NCBI GenBank assembly: GCA_951812855.1
Contig: OX638337.1
Span: forward strand, 1,260,001 to 1,292,000
Length of the DNA: 32,000 bases
Direction: 5' to 3'
Origin: an uncultured Lentisphaeria bacterium
Lineage (GTDB): Bacteria > Verrucomicrobiota > Lentisphaeria > JABSQK01 > JAJFLO01
This document shows, one piece after another, positions 9,230 through 18,060 of this stretch; within the stretch, counting starts at the first letter, position 1, and every line of letters starts with the position of its first letter. The position numbers and the translations under genes were made by a program. The notes below the pieces were generated by a model. That model was not told the DNA's origin and did not search any database. It saw only the letters and a program-made list of their open reading frames with translations.

Positions 9230-9665
9230 GTTTTTAGATTTTTTTATGTGATTATGATGTGTACACCCTAAAACCAGCGTTAATACTACTACGGGAAGAA
9301 CGGTAAAATATCGGGTTAGATTATTGATTTTTCTCAATGTTGTCTGCTGGAAACGGTTAATAGGTCAATTATTAGATTCTATATGAATTTTAACCTGCTT
9401 GATTTCTAATATCAATTATATTATTTAATATCTGGCGTAACGTGGCGATTGAAAATATTTGTTTTGAATATAATTTCTGATTCGGGATTTAAACCGAGAC
9501 TTTATCCAGTGCGTTTGACAGCGTAATTTTTATAAGCGGAATTGGTGGAGTTTGCAATCTTAGCAGTTGGTTTAACCACTCGCTCAAACAAATCTGTTTC
9601 GATAATAATCGGACTGATTTTTAACACTATATATATATTTGAATTTTATTAAGGCTGCATTTCTG

Positions 9666-10637
9666 ATGATGTCATGCTTAGAACAATTAAAATCAATGAC
9701 AACTGTTGTTGCTGATACGGGCGAGCTGAACGCAATAAAAAAATACATGCCGACGGATGCGACGACGAATCCGACATTAATTTTTAAAGCAACACAGATG
9801 CCTGAATATCAGGGGCTTGTAGATGAAGCAATCATTTACGGACTTAATAAAGGAGGTACTGACCGTGCTCAGGTTGTAAGTAAAACCGTTGATAAATTAT
9901 TCGTCAATTTCGGACATGAAATTTTGAAAATCGTACCGCGATATGTCTCTACTGAAGTTGATGCCCGGCTCTCCTTTGATACTGAAGCGACGGTCGAAAA
10001 GGCCAGGGATTTGATCAAATTATATGAACAGGTGGGTGTCGCCAAAAGCAGAGTCTTAATTAAGATTGCATCAACCTGGGAGGGGATTGAGGCGGCAAAG
10101 ATTTTGGAACGCGAAGGTATTCATTGTAATATGACCCTTTTGTTTGGATTCGCACAGGCAGCAGCATGTGCTCAGGCAAATGTTTATTTAATATCTCCAT
10201 TTGTCGGCCGGATATTGGACTGGCACAAAAAAAATGAAAATAAAGATCACTATGACCCCGACGACGACCCCGGTGTAAAATCTGTTCGCAGAATTTATAA
10301 TTATTATAAAACGTATGGCTGTGAAACATTAATAATGGGTGCAAGTTTTAGAAATGTGGATGAAGTAAAGGGATTGGCAGGGTGTGATTTATTAACGATT
10401 GGGCCGGGTTATCTTGAAGAATTAAAGAACGATACTTCGGAATTACCAAGAATTCTTTCAGCAGAGAGTGCTGAAGATTCTTGTGATGATGAAAAAGTCG
10501 AGCTTGGCGAAAAACAATTTCGTTGGGAATTAAATGAAGATCCGATGTCTACCGAAAAGCTTGCCGAAGGAATTCGTAAATTCTCTGAAGATATTATTAA
10601 TTTAGAGAATATTATTGCACAAAAATTACCTAAATAA
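9666..10637 (+). CDS. tal: Transaldolase (TalB-type, class I)
   Basis: Colinear with E. coli TalB by eye: [32 protein letters not shown], active-site Lys block [41 protein letters not shown]. The track start at 9639 is a TTG. The first ATG in frame is 9666 ([11 protein letters not shown]...) and fits the TalB N-terminus length. Confidence 0.95.
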   Translation: MMSCLEQLKSMTTVVADTGELNAIKKYMPTDATTNPTLIFKATQMPEYQGLVDEAIIYGLNKGGTDRAQVVSKTVDKLFVNFGHEILKIVPRYVSTEVDARLSFDTEATVEKARDLIKLYEQVGVAKSRVLIKIASTWEGIEAAKILEREGIHCNMTLLFGFAQAAACAQANVYLISPFVGRILDWHKKNENKDHYDPDDDPGVKSVRRIYNYYKTYGCETLIMGASFRNVDEVKGLAGCDLLTIGPGYLEELKNDTSELPRILSAESAEDSCDDEKVELGEKQFRWELNEDPMSTEKLAEGIRKFSEDIINLENIIAQKLPK

Positions 10638-12730
10638 TGCTCTTCTCGACAGTTGTGTTATTTATTGAATGTTTGCTGATTCTTGCACTGTCGGGTGGTA
10701 CAGGCCATCATCCATTACTTTCATTTAGTTGTTATGCTGCAGCACATTGTTTTCTATATGCCATCGTATTCAAGTTGTTTCCCAACAGCAATTCCCCGAA
10801 ACCGGGAAAGCTTAGAGCATGGTTGTTTTCATCCTCCGGAATAATATTGACTGGTATTCTCTTTCGATTATTATTCCTTGGTTACCCGCCGTCTGATGAT
10901 CTAAACCGATATGCCTGGGAAGGTGCAATGCAGTCGAAAGGCGTTAACCCATATGTTCAGGCACCTCAGGAATTTTATTCTGAATATTCAAATGATCCCG
11001 TTTACCAGGGTATAAATCATAAAGAAATTCCGACAATTTATCCACCCTTGTCAATGATGGTGTTTCGAGGTCTCTCATCACTATTTTTCCATGTTTCTAA
11101 ATCACCTGAGGCGATTTTAACGGGATACAAACTTTTCTTTATATTTTGTGACAGTCTGACAATGATTTTATTGGTATCGCTGGTTGCATCCTGGGGGCGT
11201 CCAATGCATTGGCTGGCTATTTATGCATGGAACCCGTTAATTATTTTATATGGTGCAGGCGAGGGGCATATTGACATCCTGCACGTTTTTTTTGTTATCG
11301 CTGCTGTGGTTTGCTTCAACAAGAAACATCTAAACAGTGCCCTGGGCTTTTTCATGATTGGCTGTGCTGTTATGACAAAATATTTTGCCATCATGGTGTT
11401 GCCGTTTATTCTCAGTCGCAGAAATTTCGGAAAGATATTCTATTGTTTTATACCCTTTGTTTTATTTCTATTTTATTGGGATATCAGGCTTGTTGAAACT
11501 CTATCTGAATTTACAATGTACATGCATTATAATGATATTATTTCACACTGGTTTCGGTATTTTATCCCTGAGCGAATACTGTCAATTATTATGTTTGCAG
11601 TGTTTTCCCTGGGTATGTTATGGATATGGGTATTTAAGCAACATGATATTTATCGCAGTATTACGCTGGGTTTTATGTGGTTTTTACTGTGCTTATCTAC
11701 TCTTCATCCCTGGTATCTTATTATTGTTGTCCCTTTTTTAATCTATTGTCCAGCCAGGTCATGGTTTATTTTGCTGATTTCAACGGGATGCAATTTCTGG
11801 ACATATCATGAATTACAGACAACGGGGCAATGGCACGAATTGCCCTGGCTGTGGTTTGGGACTTATGGTGTGTTTTTAGTCATGTTAATATGGGACTTTT
11901 ACCATCATCACTTCATCACTCATGAAGAATATGACATCCCGGGGTCAATAGATATCGTAATTCCAATTCTAAATGAAGGTGAACGAATTGATAGACTGAT
12001 GACCCGGCTGCAAGAGTGTATTGATTTTTTAAGAGAGAATTGGAATACCACAATTATGAAGATTAAACCGGATTCTTCAGATAGATATTCAGCGGTGCCC
12101 GCGGTTCAGATTAAATTTGTTGATGGGGGAAGTTCGGACAGAACGCTTCAATCATTGGAATTATATGAGTACGCAGAGGTATTCCAATTGGATAAACCGT
12201 CTCGGGGGAAACAGTTTTCTGAAGGAATTAAACGCGGTATTGGCGATGTGGTTTTAATGCTGCATGCAGATGCACAATTTCGGGAAAATACCCTGGTTAA
12301 ACTTATGGAATCCTTTTTAACTTATAAAAATCTACAATGGGGAATTATCGGGCACACGTATGAAAACAGACCATTAAAAATGAGAATAATTGAATGGAGT
12401 AACCGACTAAGGTTCAGCCATTTTGGACTGGCGTTTGGAGATCAGGGAATTTTTGTCAGACGAAAATTATTAGATGATATCGGTGGTATCCCTGAAATTC
12501 GGTTAATGGAAGATGTCGAACTATCGCTAAGATTAAATCAGTATCCGAATCGTATTAATCTGGGAGGACTGCTCGTTGTTTCAACTCGAAGCTGGGAGAA
12601 GAAAAAATTTTCAGGTTATACTCTTCAGGTCATGAAACTCGTTTCATCTTACTTATTTCTTCGCCGATTTGGTGCTGATGTAAACCAGATCTCTGACGAA
12701 ATGTATGATATCTATTATCAGGAAGAATGA
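10637..12730 (+). CDS. Fusion protein: N-terminal polytopic GT-C-like (DUF2029/GT87-like) membrane domain + C-terminal GT2 glycosyltransferase (TIGR04283-like)
   Basis: 697-aa ORF. About 430 aa at the N-terminus form roughly 10 or more TM helices, with an early loop DDLNRYAWEGAMQSKGVNPY...IPTIYPPLSMMVF typical of GT-C/DUF2029 enzymes. The C-terminal ~260 aa are a GT-A fold GT2: IDIVIPILNEGERI, FVDGGSSDRT, VLMLHADAQF, GDQGIFVRRKLLDDIGGIPEIRLMEDVELSLRL, STRSWEKK. The ATG at 10637 overlaps the tal stop (TAATG). Confidence 0.75.
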   Translation: MLFSTVVLFIECLLILALSGGTGHHPLLSFSCYAAAHCFLYAIVFKLFPNSNSPKPGKLRAWLFSSSGIILTGILFRLLFLGYPPSDDLNRYAWEGAMQSKGVNPYVQAPQEFYSEYSNDPVYQGINHKEIPTIYPPLSMMVFRGLSSLFFHVSKSPEAILTGYKLFFIFCDSLTMILLVSLVASWGRPMHWLAIYAWNPLIILYGAGEGHIDILHVFFVIAAVVCFNKKHLNSALGFFMIGCAVMTKYFAIMVLPFILSRRNFGKIFYCFIPFVLFLFYWDIRLVETLSEFTMYMHYNDIISHWFRYFIPERILSIIMFAVFSLGMLWIWVFKQHDIYRSITLGFMWFLLCLSTLHPWYLIIVVPFLIYCPARSWFILLISTGCNFWTYHELQTTGQWHELPWLWFGTYGVFLVMLIWDFYHHHFITHEEYDIPGSIDIVIPILNEGERIDRLMTRLQECIDFLRENWNTTIMKIKPDSSDRYSAVPAVQIKFVDGGSSDRTLQSLELYEYAEVFQLDKPSRGKQFSEGIKRGIGDVVLMLHADAQFRENTLVKLMESFLTYKNLQWGIIGHTYENRPLKMRIIEWSNRLRFSHFGLAFGDQGIFVRRKLLDDIGGIPEIRLMEDVELSLRLNQYPNRINLGGLLVVSTRSWEKKKFSGYTLQVMKLVSSYLFLRRFGADVNQISDEMYDIYYQEE

Positions 12731-12963
12731 GTTTGTTTTGGAAACCTGGCAAATTTTAAGTAAATATGCAATCTCCTGTAATCAAAATGGTTAACCGTAA
12801 GTAAATGTGCTGAATGATTTGATTTACCAGGCTCTTGAATTACGCTGTTTAATCCCCCTCCCAACGGGGGATGGCGAGCGTTGCAAACTTAAAAAAATAA
12901 GACCGGACAGTCCGTTGTTGAAAAAGGACTTTCAGTCATGATACAAGTAGATCTGAGAAATCG

Positions 12964-13626
12964 ATGGACGTTTTATTATTATTTAGATACCTTAAAAAAT
13001 CAGTGTTATTTATTGCTGTAATCCCCGGTCTGTACCTTGTTGTTTCCATGCAGGTTCTCTCAGGTAATGCTCAGACGCCAGAGGAAAATATTCTTAAAGA
13101 AGCCGCAACGGTTCGTAAGCAGAAAATGGCAGCCTATATCAAGCCTTATAAATTCCTTTATGAGGGGAATAAACAGGATCTTGAAAAAAATTTGAAGACG
13201 CTGGATTATTATAAAAGAAAATTAGATAATGAAGAGAGTAGACGATCCAAAAAGTATCGGAAATATAAAAAATTATCAGAACGTCATCGTGAGTTGATAA
13301 AATTGAATGAATCCGTCATTAAGGAACTTGAAAAAGGTAATGTTATCGGTGCATCTGAAAGTGCAGAAAAAATTGTAGAGATTCAACGGAAAATAGAATT
13401 TATAACTAAAAAGGACAGTTCAAGGAAATGGTTAACTTTTTCAGAAATGAAAAGTTTCATGAAGAAGAAGTATCGATATAAGACCCCGGATCCCCAAATT
13501 TTACCACTGCGAAGATCAAATTGGATCGTAAAAAAAACTCCAGAAACCGAATCAAAAAGTAAATTTAATTATAAAAGCAAACCAAAAAAATCTAAGAATA
13601 TTTCGGGACGGATTTCATCAAAATAA
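12964..13626 (+). CDS. Hypothetical Lys/Arg-rich secreted or membrane-anchored coiled-coil protein
   Basis: 220-aa ORF. N-terminal hydrophobic helix VLFIAVIPGLYLVVSMQVLSGNA-QT looks like a signal peptide. The remainder is highly basic and predicted helical (KKYRKYKKLSERHRELIKLNE...; C-terminus KSKFNYKSKPKKSKNISGRISSK). I recognise no family. Confidence 0.5.
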   Translation: MDVLLLFRYLKKSVLFIAVIPGLYLVVSMQVLSGNAQTPEENILKEAATVRKQKMAAYIKPYKFLYEGNKQDLEKNLKTLDYYKRKLDNEESRRSKKYRKYKKLSERHRELIKLNESVIKELEKGNVIGASESAEKIVEIQRKIEFITKKDSSRKWLTFSEMKSFMKKKYRYKTPDPQILPLRRSNWIVKKTPETESKSKFNYKSKPKKSKNISGRISSK

Positions 13627-13675
13627 ACCGGCGGCGTCAGCGGCAAAAAAACAACCATTTACCATTGTAGAACTT

Positions 13676-14386
13676 ATGGTTGGCATGATGATATTGTCAA
13701 TATTGATGCTGATGATGTTCAAGTTTGTACTGTCATCACAACAGGCCCTGGACTTAAGTGATAGTATATGGGGGATTTATGAAAATTCTCGGATTGTATT
13801 TGATTTGATCGAGCATGATATGCAATCTGCGGTCGTATCGTCAATTGCCGGTCAGGAGATCGGATTTTATGCAGGGAATCCAGGTTTGGATGCTGATGGT
13901 GTGGCAAATGATGAAGATGATGCGGTTCACATATGTCTTGTCAGTTCTACTGAGCCTACTAAGATCGCAACTTCCAGATTGTGTGAAATAAATTATAATC
14001 ACCATAACGACACCACCGCAACGTCTGACAGCAAGCCCCACGTATTATATCGAAAAATAACCTGTCAGGGTGATACAAATGGTTTTTGGGATTTTTACGG
14101 ATTGACGAATAACTGGCATGTAAATGCATTAGCAGGCACTGACCCTGACGGATATTATACCGGCTATGAGCGCGTTGTCGGTGGCGTTAAACGTTTTTCT
14201 ATCAAATGTTATGACAGTTCAGGCACTCTTATTACTGCTGGATCTACCGTTACTGTAATGCCGGTTAGAATCGACGTTACTATAGATTTGTATGATCCGG
14301 ATCTGGAAGATGCTCCGGAATCTGTTCAACTGAAGACTCAAAAATCATTTACCAAAATATTATTTCTGAGTCATCTGGAAGATTAA
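13676..14386 (+). CDS. GspJ/PulJ-like minor pseudopilin (type II secretion / type IV pilus-like); start codon unresolved
   Basis: 236-aa ORF from the first ATG. The in-frame sequence immediately upstream reads ...AAKKQPFTIVEL-MVGMMILSILMLMMF. This is the prepilin N-terminal F-T-[LI]-[IV]-E-L hydrophobic helix, so part of the motif lies outside the called ORF. The body has GspJ-like blocks: SRIVFDLIEHDMQSA, CEINY...HVLYRKI, VKRFSIKCYDSSG, PVRIDVTIDL. Confidence 0.6.
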   Translation: MVGMMILSILMLMMFKFVLSSQQALDLSDSIWGIYENSRIVFDLIEHDMQSAVVSSIAGQEIGFYAGNPGLDADGVANDEDDAVHICLVSSTEPTKIATSRLCEINYNHHNDTTATSDSKPHVLYRKITCQGDTNGFWDFYGLTNNWHVNALAGTDPDGYYTGYERVVGGVKRFSIKCYDSSGTLITAGSTVTVMPVRIDVTIDLYDPDLEDAPESVQLKTQKSFTKILFLSHLED

Positions 14387-14613
14387 GAAAAACAGAACGT
14401 ATCTTAGGTAAAGACATTGAAAATACATTCAACAGGCAACGGGTATTTGCATAATCGTTTTATTCTTTAATGCTGTGAGATTATCAGGTCAAAAGGAAAC
14501 TGGTTTTGCCGGGCAAGGCAATTCAAATTGAATTATTCGACTGATTTTTATAAAAAATATTAAATAATCGATTGCCTTAACAGGGCTGATTGGAACCAAT
14601 ACATGTTATTATT

Positions 14614-17121
14614 ATGGGTAAAAACAAAAAAATCAATAACTCTTTGTCGTCCCACTACAAGACTGATCAGGGTGTTGCCCTTCTAATGACACTGGGTATG
14701 TTATCGCTTCTGCTGGTTCTGGCTTTGTCATTTGCATTTGCTGCTATGAGTACTCTGAAGAGTGTTAATATTGCCCAGGACATCGCAAAGTCCAGGTTAC
14801 AGGCAGAAAGTGGATTTAAGAGAGCATTTGAGCTGCTTACTGAAAACTTTTCAGATCCGAATGACGCTGCAAATATTTTCCCGGCAACAAAAACTATAAC
14901 CAGTGTATTCGGACCGGATGCGGTGGTGAATGATTGGGACGGTCGTGTTTACTGGGCGAGCAGGGATGACAACTATTATGCCTCAGATGCAGCTGAGACA
15001 GCGAATACACCATCCCAAAACAGATCCGGAATTGATACAGCCCTGCATGTTGAATTAGATGGGATTGAATTTACACCCGGCGTGGCTTTAGATGATACGT
15101 TTGGATGGATTCATACCTACGATTCAAGCGAAACATATATTGATGACACTGATACGCCAATTATTTCCCGGGTTGCTTTTCTTATTATAGATGAATCAGG
15201 AAAGATTGACCCTGCACCAACCACAGAAAATGGTGTAACAGAGGGCACCGAAAAGCGTTTTGGCACCCGTCCTGCAGAAATTAATATTACAAATGCATCA
15301 ACAGAATCAAATTTAGCTGCAAATCTGCGTCGGGGTGACACTTCCGGTATTCCCGCCGGAGGAATTTGGTTCTCTTATTATCATATATTCAAACAATTGA
15401 ACGCAGATTCAGCATACGTATCTGCCGCAGCAGATACAGACGCGGATATGGCAATGATCACAAAGAATTTTTTCCCTCACAGTTATGACAAGGAGGCATA
15501 TTATGATGGTGATGACGATAAACATCGCTTCAATCTTGCCCGTACGGATTGGGATTCGTTGTCAATTTCTGATATTCTAAAGCCGGCCGAAGTTTGGTCA
15601 ACCGGATCTCATACAGCGACCGGTATTCCCTGGCTGGGTATAAGTACAGATACTGTTTTGAACAATCAAATTGCTGCAAATTTGCTTGATTACTGTGATT
15701 CAAATACGGATGCGACATCTGATTATTCAGGTTCGGGAAATATACCTGCATATTGTGGCAATGACGGGTATTATCTTATTAATGAAGTAGAGATTAAAGC
15801 AACACTTTCAGGTGATCAAGTTACATTGGCTTTTGATATTGAACTGGTTAATTTTTTTCAGGTGAGCAGTCCCGGAAGCAGCAGGCTTTTTGTAAGAGGT
15901 ACAATTGGAGGGACAGAACTGACATCTGAAAATTTTTCAAGTACTGGAACTGCTATCACACCGTCCGGGAATTATTATGAAGCAACAACGATAACAATTT
16001 CAGCAAATACGGTGTCTTCAAATCCAGCGGACGGAGACGATGACAGTGATTCAGAAAATATCACATTATCCAATTTAGCTGTGTACCTTGAGAATTCGAC
16101 GGATAGCACGAAACTAAAAGATTTTTCTGAATTACCCAACCCGGCCACCAGTATTACCTTAGACACAAGTACACCGTTAACGGCGAATAATGTGATCATA
16201 ATATATGAAGCAAATGATCCACGATATAATTTAAAAACAGATGCATGGACTCAGGTGCAAACATGGAGTACTTCCCGAACCTCTGCAACGAACGGGTCTG
16301 TCAACAGCAGCTGTAATCCAAATCCGGGCGGCAATAAAGATCCGGAACCTTCGGTAACTCAACCATATAACGTGTCAACTGCCTATATCCGAAATGATAA
16401 AATGACATATATATGGGAATTGGGAGCAGTTCATCGCGGGGCACCCTGGGAAACAATTAACCTGAAGAAATATAAAAATGTCAGTATTTATAATATGTCA
16501 TCACCTGATGCAATGTTTGGAGCCTATAGTGATGGTGATGCAAACATTTTGAGTCAGGTAAAAATAACAAATGATACAGAGACAACCGGGTATATTAATA
16601 TTAACACTTATAATCGAAGAGTATTAATTTCCCTGCTTGAAGGGATTACGATTGGCGGGGCATATAGTGATGATGCAACCCCGGGCGGAACTGCAATTAC
16701 AAGTACAGGGGCCGGGAGTATCGTTGGAACACTAACCCCGGCAGTTTCTAATTCCATCCTAAGCACAAACAATGCTGATAAACAGGGAAATGGTGAAGTA
16801 TTTCGATTCCGGGGACAATTAGCGAATGCAACGAAACTGTTTGACGGGACAGGGGGAACACAAACTACTGACCGGCAAAAAGAAGAAGTTATAGGCAAAA
16901 TGATTGGTTTAACAACGGTTCGCCAGAATTATTTTACTGTTATTGCTGTGTCGCAGATGGTTCAAGACATGGTTGCCGGGGTTGGGGGCTCAGGAGAACG
17001 GGGGCATTTTAATGAAGGGATCGATCTTGCTTATGCTGACCAGACTTTAATGGCTCTTATTTATCGTGATGCATTGCGCAACACAGTGGAAGTATTGAGA
17101 TATGAATATTTGAATGAATAA
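14614..17121 (+). CDS. Giant GspK-like minor pseudopilin (T2SS protein K / PilX-like family)
   Basis: The ORF is open from TTG 14590. The first ATG in frame is 14614 (MGKNKKINN...). The N-terminal anchor QGVALLMTLGMLSLLLVLALSFAFAAM resembles the GspK GVALL..L.....L helix. A GspK-type motif FLIIDESGKIDP lies near 15184-15213, and an INiNT-type HhH motif YININTYNRRVLISLLEGI lies near 16591-16650. The C-terminal block is RQNYFTVIAVSQ...DQTLMALIYRD....VEVLRYEYL. At ~835 aa it is much longer than the GspK proteins I am familiar with. Confidence 0.6.
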   Translation: MGKNKKINNSLSSHYKTDQGVALLMTLGMLSLLLVLALSFAFAAMSTLKSVNIAQDIAKSRLQAESGFKRAFELLTENFSDPNDAANIFPATKTITSVFGPDAVVNDWDGRVYWASRDDNYYASDAAETANTPSQNRSGIDTALHVELDGIEFTPGVALDDTFGWIHTYDSSETYIDDTDTPIISRVAFLIIDESGKIDPAPTTENGVTEGTEKRFGTRPAEINITNASTESNLAANLRRGDTSGIPAGGIWFSYYHIFKQLNADSAYVSAAADTDADMAMITKNFFPHSYDKEAYYDGDDDKHRFNLARTDWDSLSISDILKPAEVWSTGSHTATGIPWLGISTDTVLNNQIAANLLDYCDSNTDATSDYSGSGNIPAYCGNDGYYLINEVEIKATLSGDQVTLAFDIELVNFFQVSSPGSSRLFVRGTIGGTELTSENFSSTGTAITPSGNYYEATTITISANTVSSNPADGDDDSDSENITLSNLAVYLENSTDSTKLKDFSELPNPATSITLDTSTPLTANNVIIIYEANDPRYNLKTDAWTQVQTWSTSRTSATNGSVNSSCNPNPGGNKDPEPSVTQPYNVSTAYIRNDKMTYIWELGAVHRGAPWETINLKKYKNVSIYNMSSPDAMFGAYSDGDANILSQVKITNDTETTGYININTYNRRVLISLLEGITIGGAYSDDATPGGTAITSTGAGSIVGTLTPAVSNSILSTNNADKQGNGEVFRFRGQLANATKLFDGTGGTQTTDRQKEEVIGKMIGLTTVRQNYFTVIAVSQMVQDMVAGVGGSGERGHFNEGIDLAYADQTLMALIYRDALRNTVEVLRYEYLNE

Positions 17122-17265
17122 TTGAGAGCAGAGTAATTTCGAGTGCTTAACGTCGCGAATGGTATGACCTTTTATTTACACGTTTGATCATAATCTTCCG
17201 AAAATCCTTTCTTTAACCATTTACAGGATATCTCTCATACCTGATTATTTCAGTCAGTGGATGAA

Positions 17266-18060
17266 TTAAATTGCAACGGGTGCTTTTATATGAGGGTGCG
17301 GATTGTAGTTGTATAACTTAAAATCATCATATGAAAAATCATAGATCGAAGATACTTCCGGACGAATCGTTAAATTGGGTAATGCATTCGGTTTCCGGCT
17401 TAACTGCAATTTTGCTTGTTCCAGGTGATTATTATACAAATGAACATCACCGAAAGTATGGACAAAATCGCCGAGTTTCAGCTGACATGCCTGAGCAGCC
17501 ATTATGGTTAGTAATGCATATGATGCAATGTTGAAAGGAACTCCGAGAAAGACATCTGCACTCCGTTGGTAAAGTTGACAGGACAATTTTCCATTCGCCA
17601 CATAGAATTGAAAAAATGTATGACAGGGCGGAAGGGCCATTTGAGGAATATCAGCAACATTCCAGGCACTGACAATCAAACGTCTTGAATCGGGATTTGA
17701 TTTTATTTGATTTATGACATTTTCTAACTGATCGATCGATTTTCCGTCATGAGTTGGCCATGACCGCCATTGACAGCCGTATATTGGTCCTAAATTCCCA
17801 TCTTTATCCGCCCATTCATCCCAAATTCGGACACCGTTGTCATTCAGATATTTGATGTTGGTATCCCCACTAATAAACCATAATAATTCATGAATTATAG
17901 ATTTTAAATGAAGCTTTTTAGTTGTTAATATGGGGAACCCATCGTTTAAATTGAACCGCATTTGCCAGCCAAATAAACTTAGGGTTCCTGTGCCGGTACG
18001 ATCCTCTTTTGATGTCCCGTTGTCGATGATGTGCTGTAGGAGATTGAGATACTGTTTCAA
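17266..18060 (-). CDS. thyA: Thymidylate synthase ThyA
   Basis: 264 aa. [31 protein letters not shown], catalytic Cys in [34 protein letters not shown]-terminus HIKAPVAI. Full-length match to the ThyA family. Confidence 0.97.
   Translation of the reverse strand: MKQYLNLLQHIIDNGTSKEDRTGTGTLSLFGWQMRFNLNDGFPILTTKKLHLKSIIHELLWFISGDTNIKYLNDNGVRIWDEWADKDGNLGPIYGCQWRSWPTHDGKSIDQLENVINQIKSNPDSRRLIVSAWNVADIPQMALPPCHTFFQFYVANGKLSCQLYQRSADVFLGVPFNIASYALLTIMAAQACQLKLGDFVHTFGDVHLYNNHLEQAKLQLSRKPNALPNLTIRPEVSSIYDFSYDDFKLYNYNPHPHIKAPVAI

Noticed and set aside
9639-9665. N-terminal extension of transaldolase from a TTG start (MNFIKAAFL...).
   Set aside because: Alignment with TalB places the conserved N-terminus at the ATG at 9666. 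The extension adds nine residues with no counterpart, so it is treated as a longest-ORF artefact.
12853-12871. GC hairpin TCCCCC-TCCCAAC-GGGGGA downstream of the glycosyltransferase fusion gene, considered as a terminator.
   Set aside because: It lies ~120 nt after the stop codon and is not followed by a T-run. The stem is only 6 bp. Not convincing as an intrinsic terminator.
13582-13626. Possible programmed frameshift or transcriptional slippage on the A7 run (13584-13590), fusing the Lys-rich ORF to the GspJ-like ORF.
   Set aside because: The pseudopilin frame is +1 relative to the upstream ORF, so the classical -1 slip on CCAAAAAAA would land in the wrong frame. A fusion would also bury the prepilin helix more than 200 residues into a protein that already has its own signal peptide, which makes no biological sense. 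A start-codon or indel problem is more likely.
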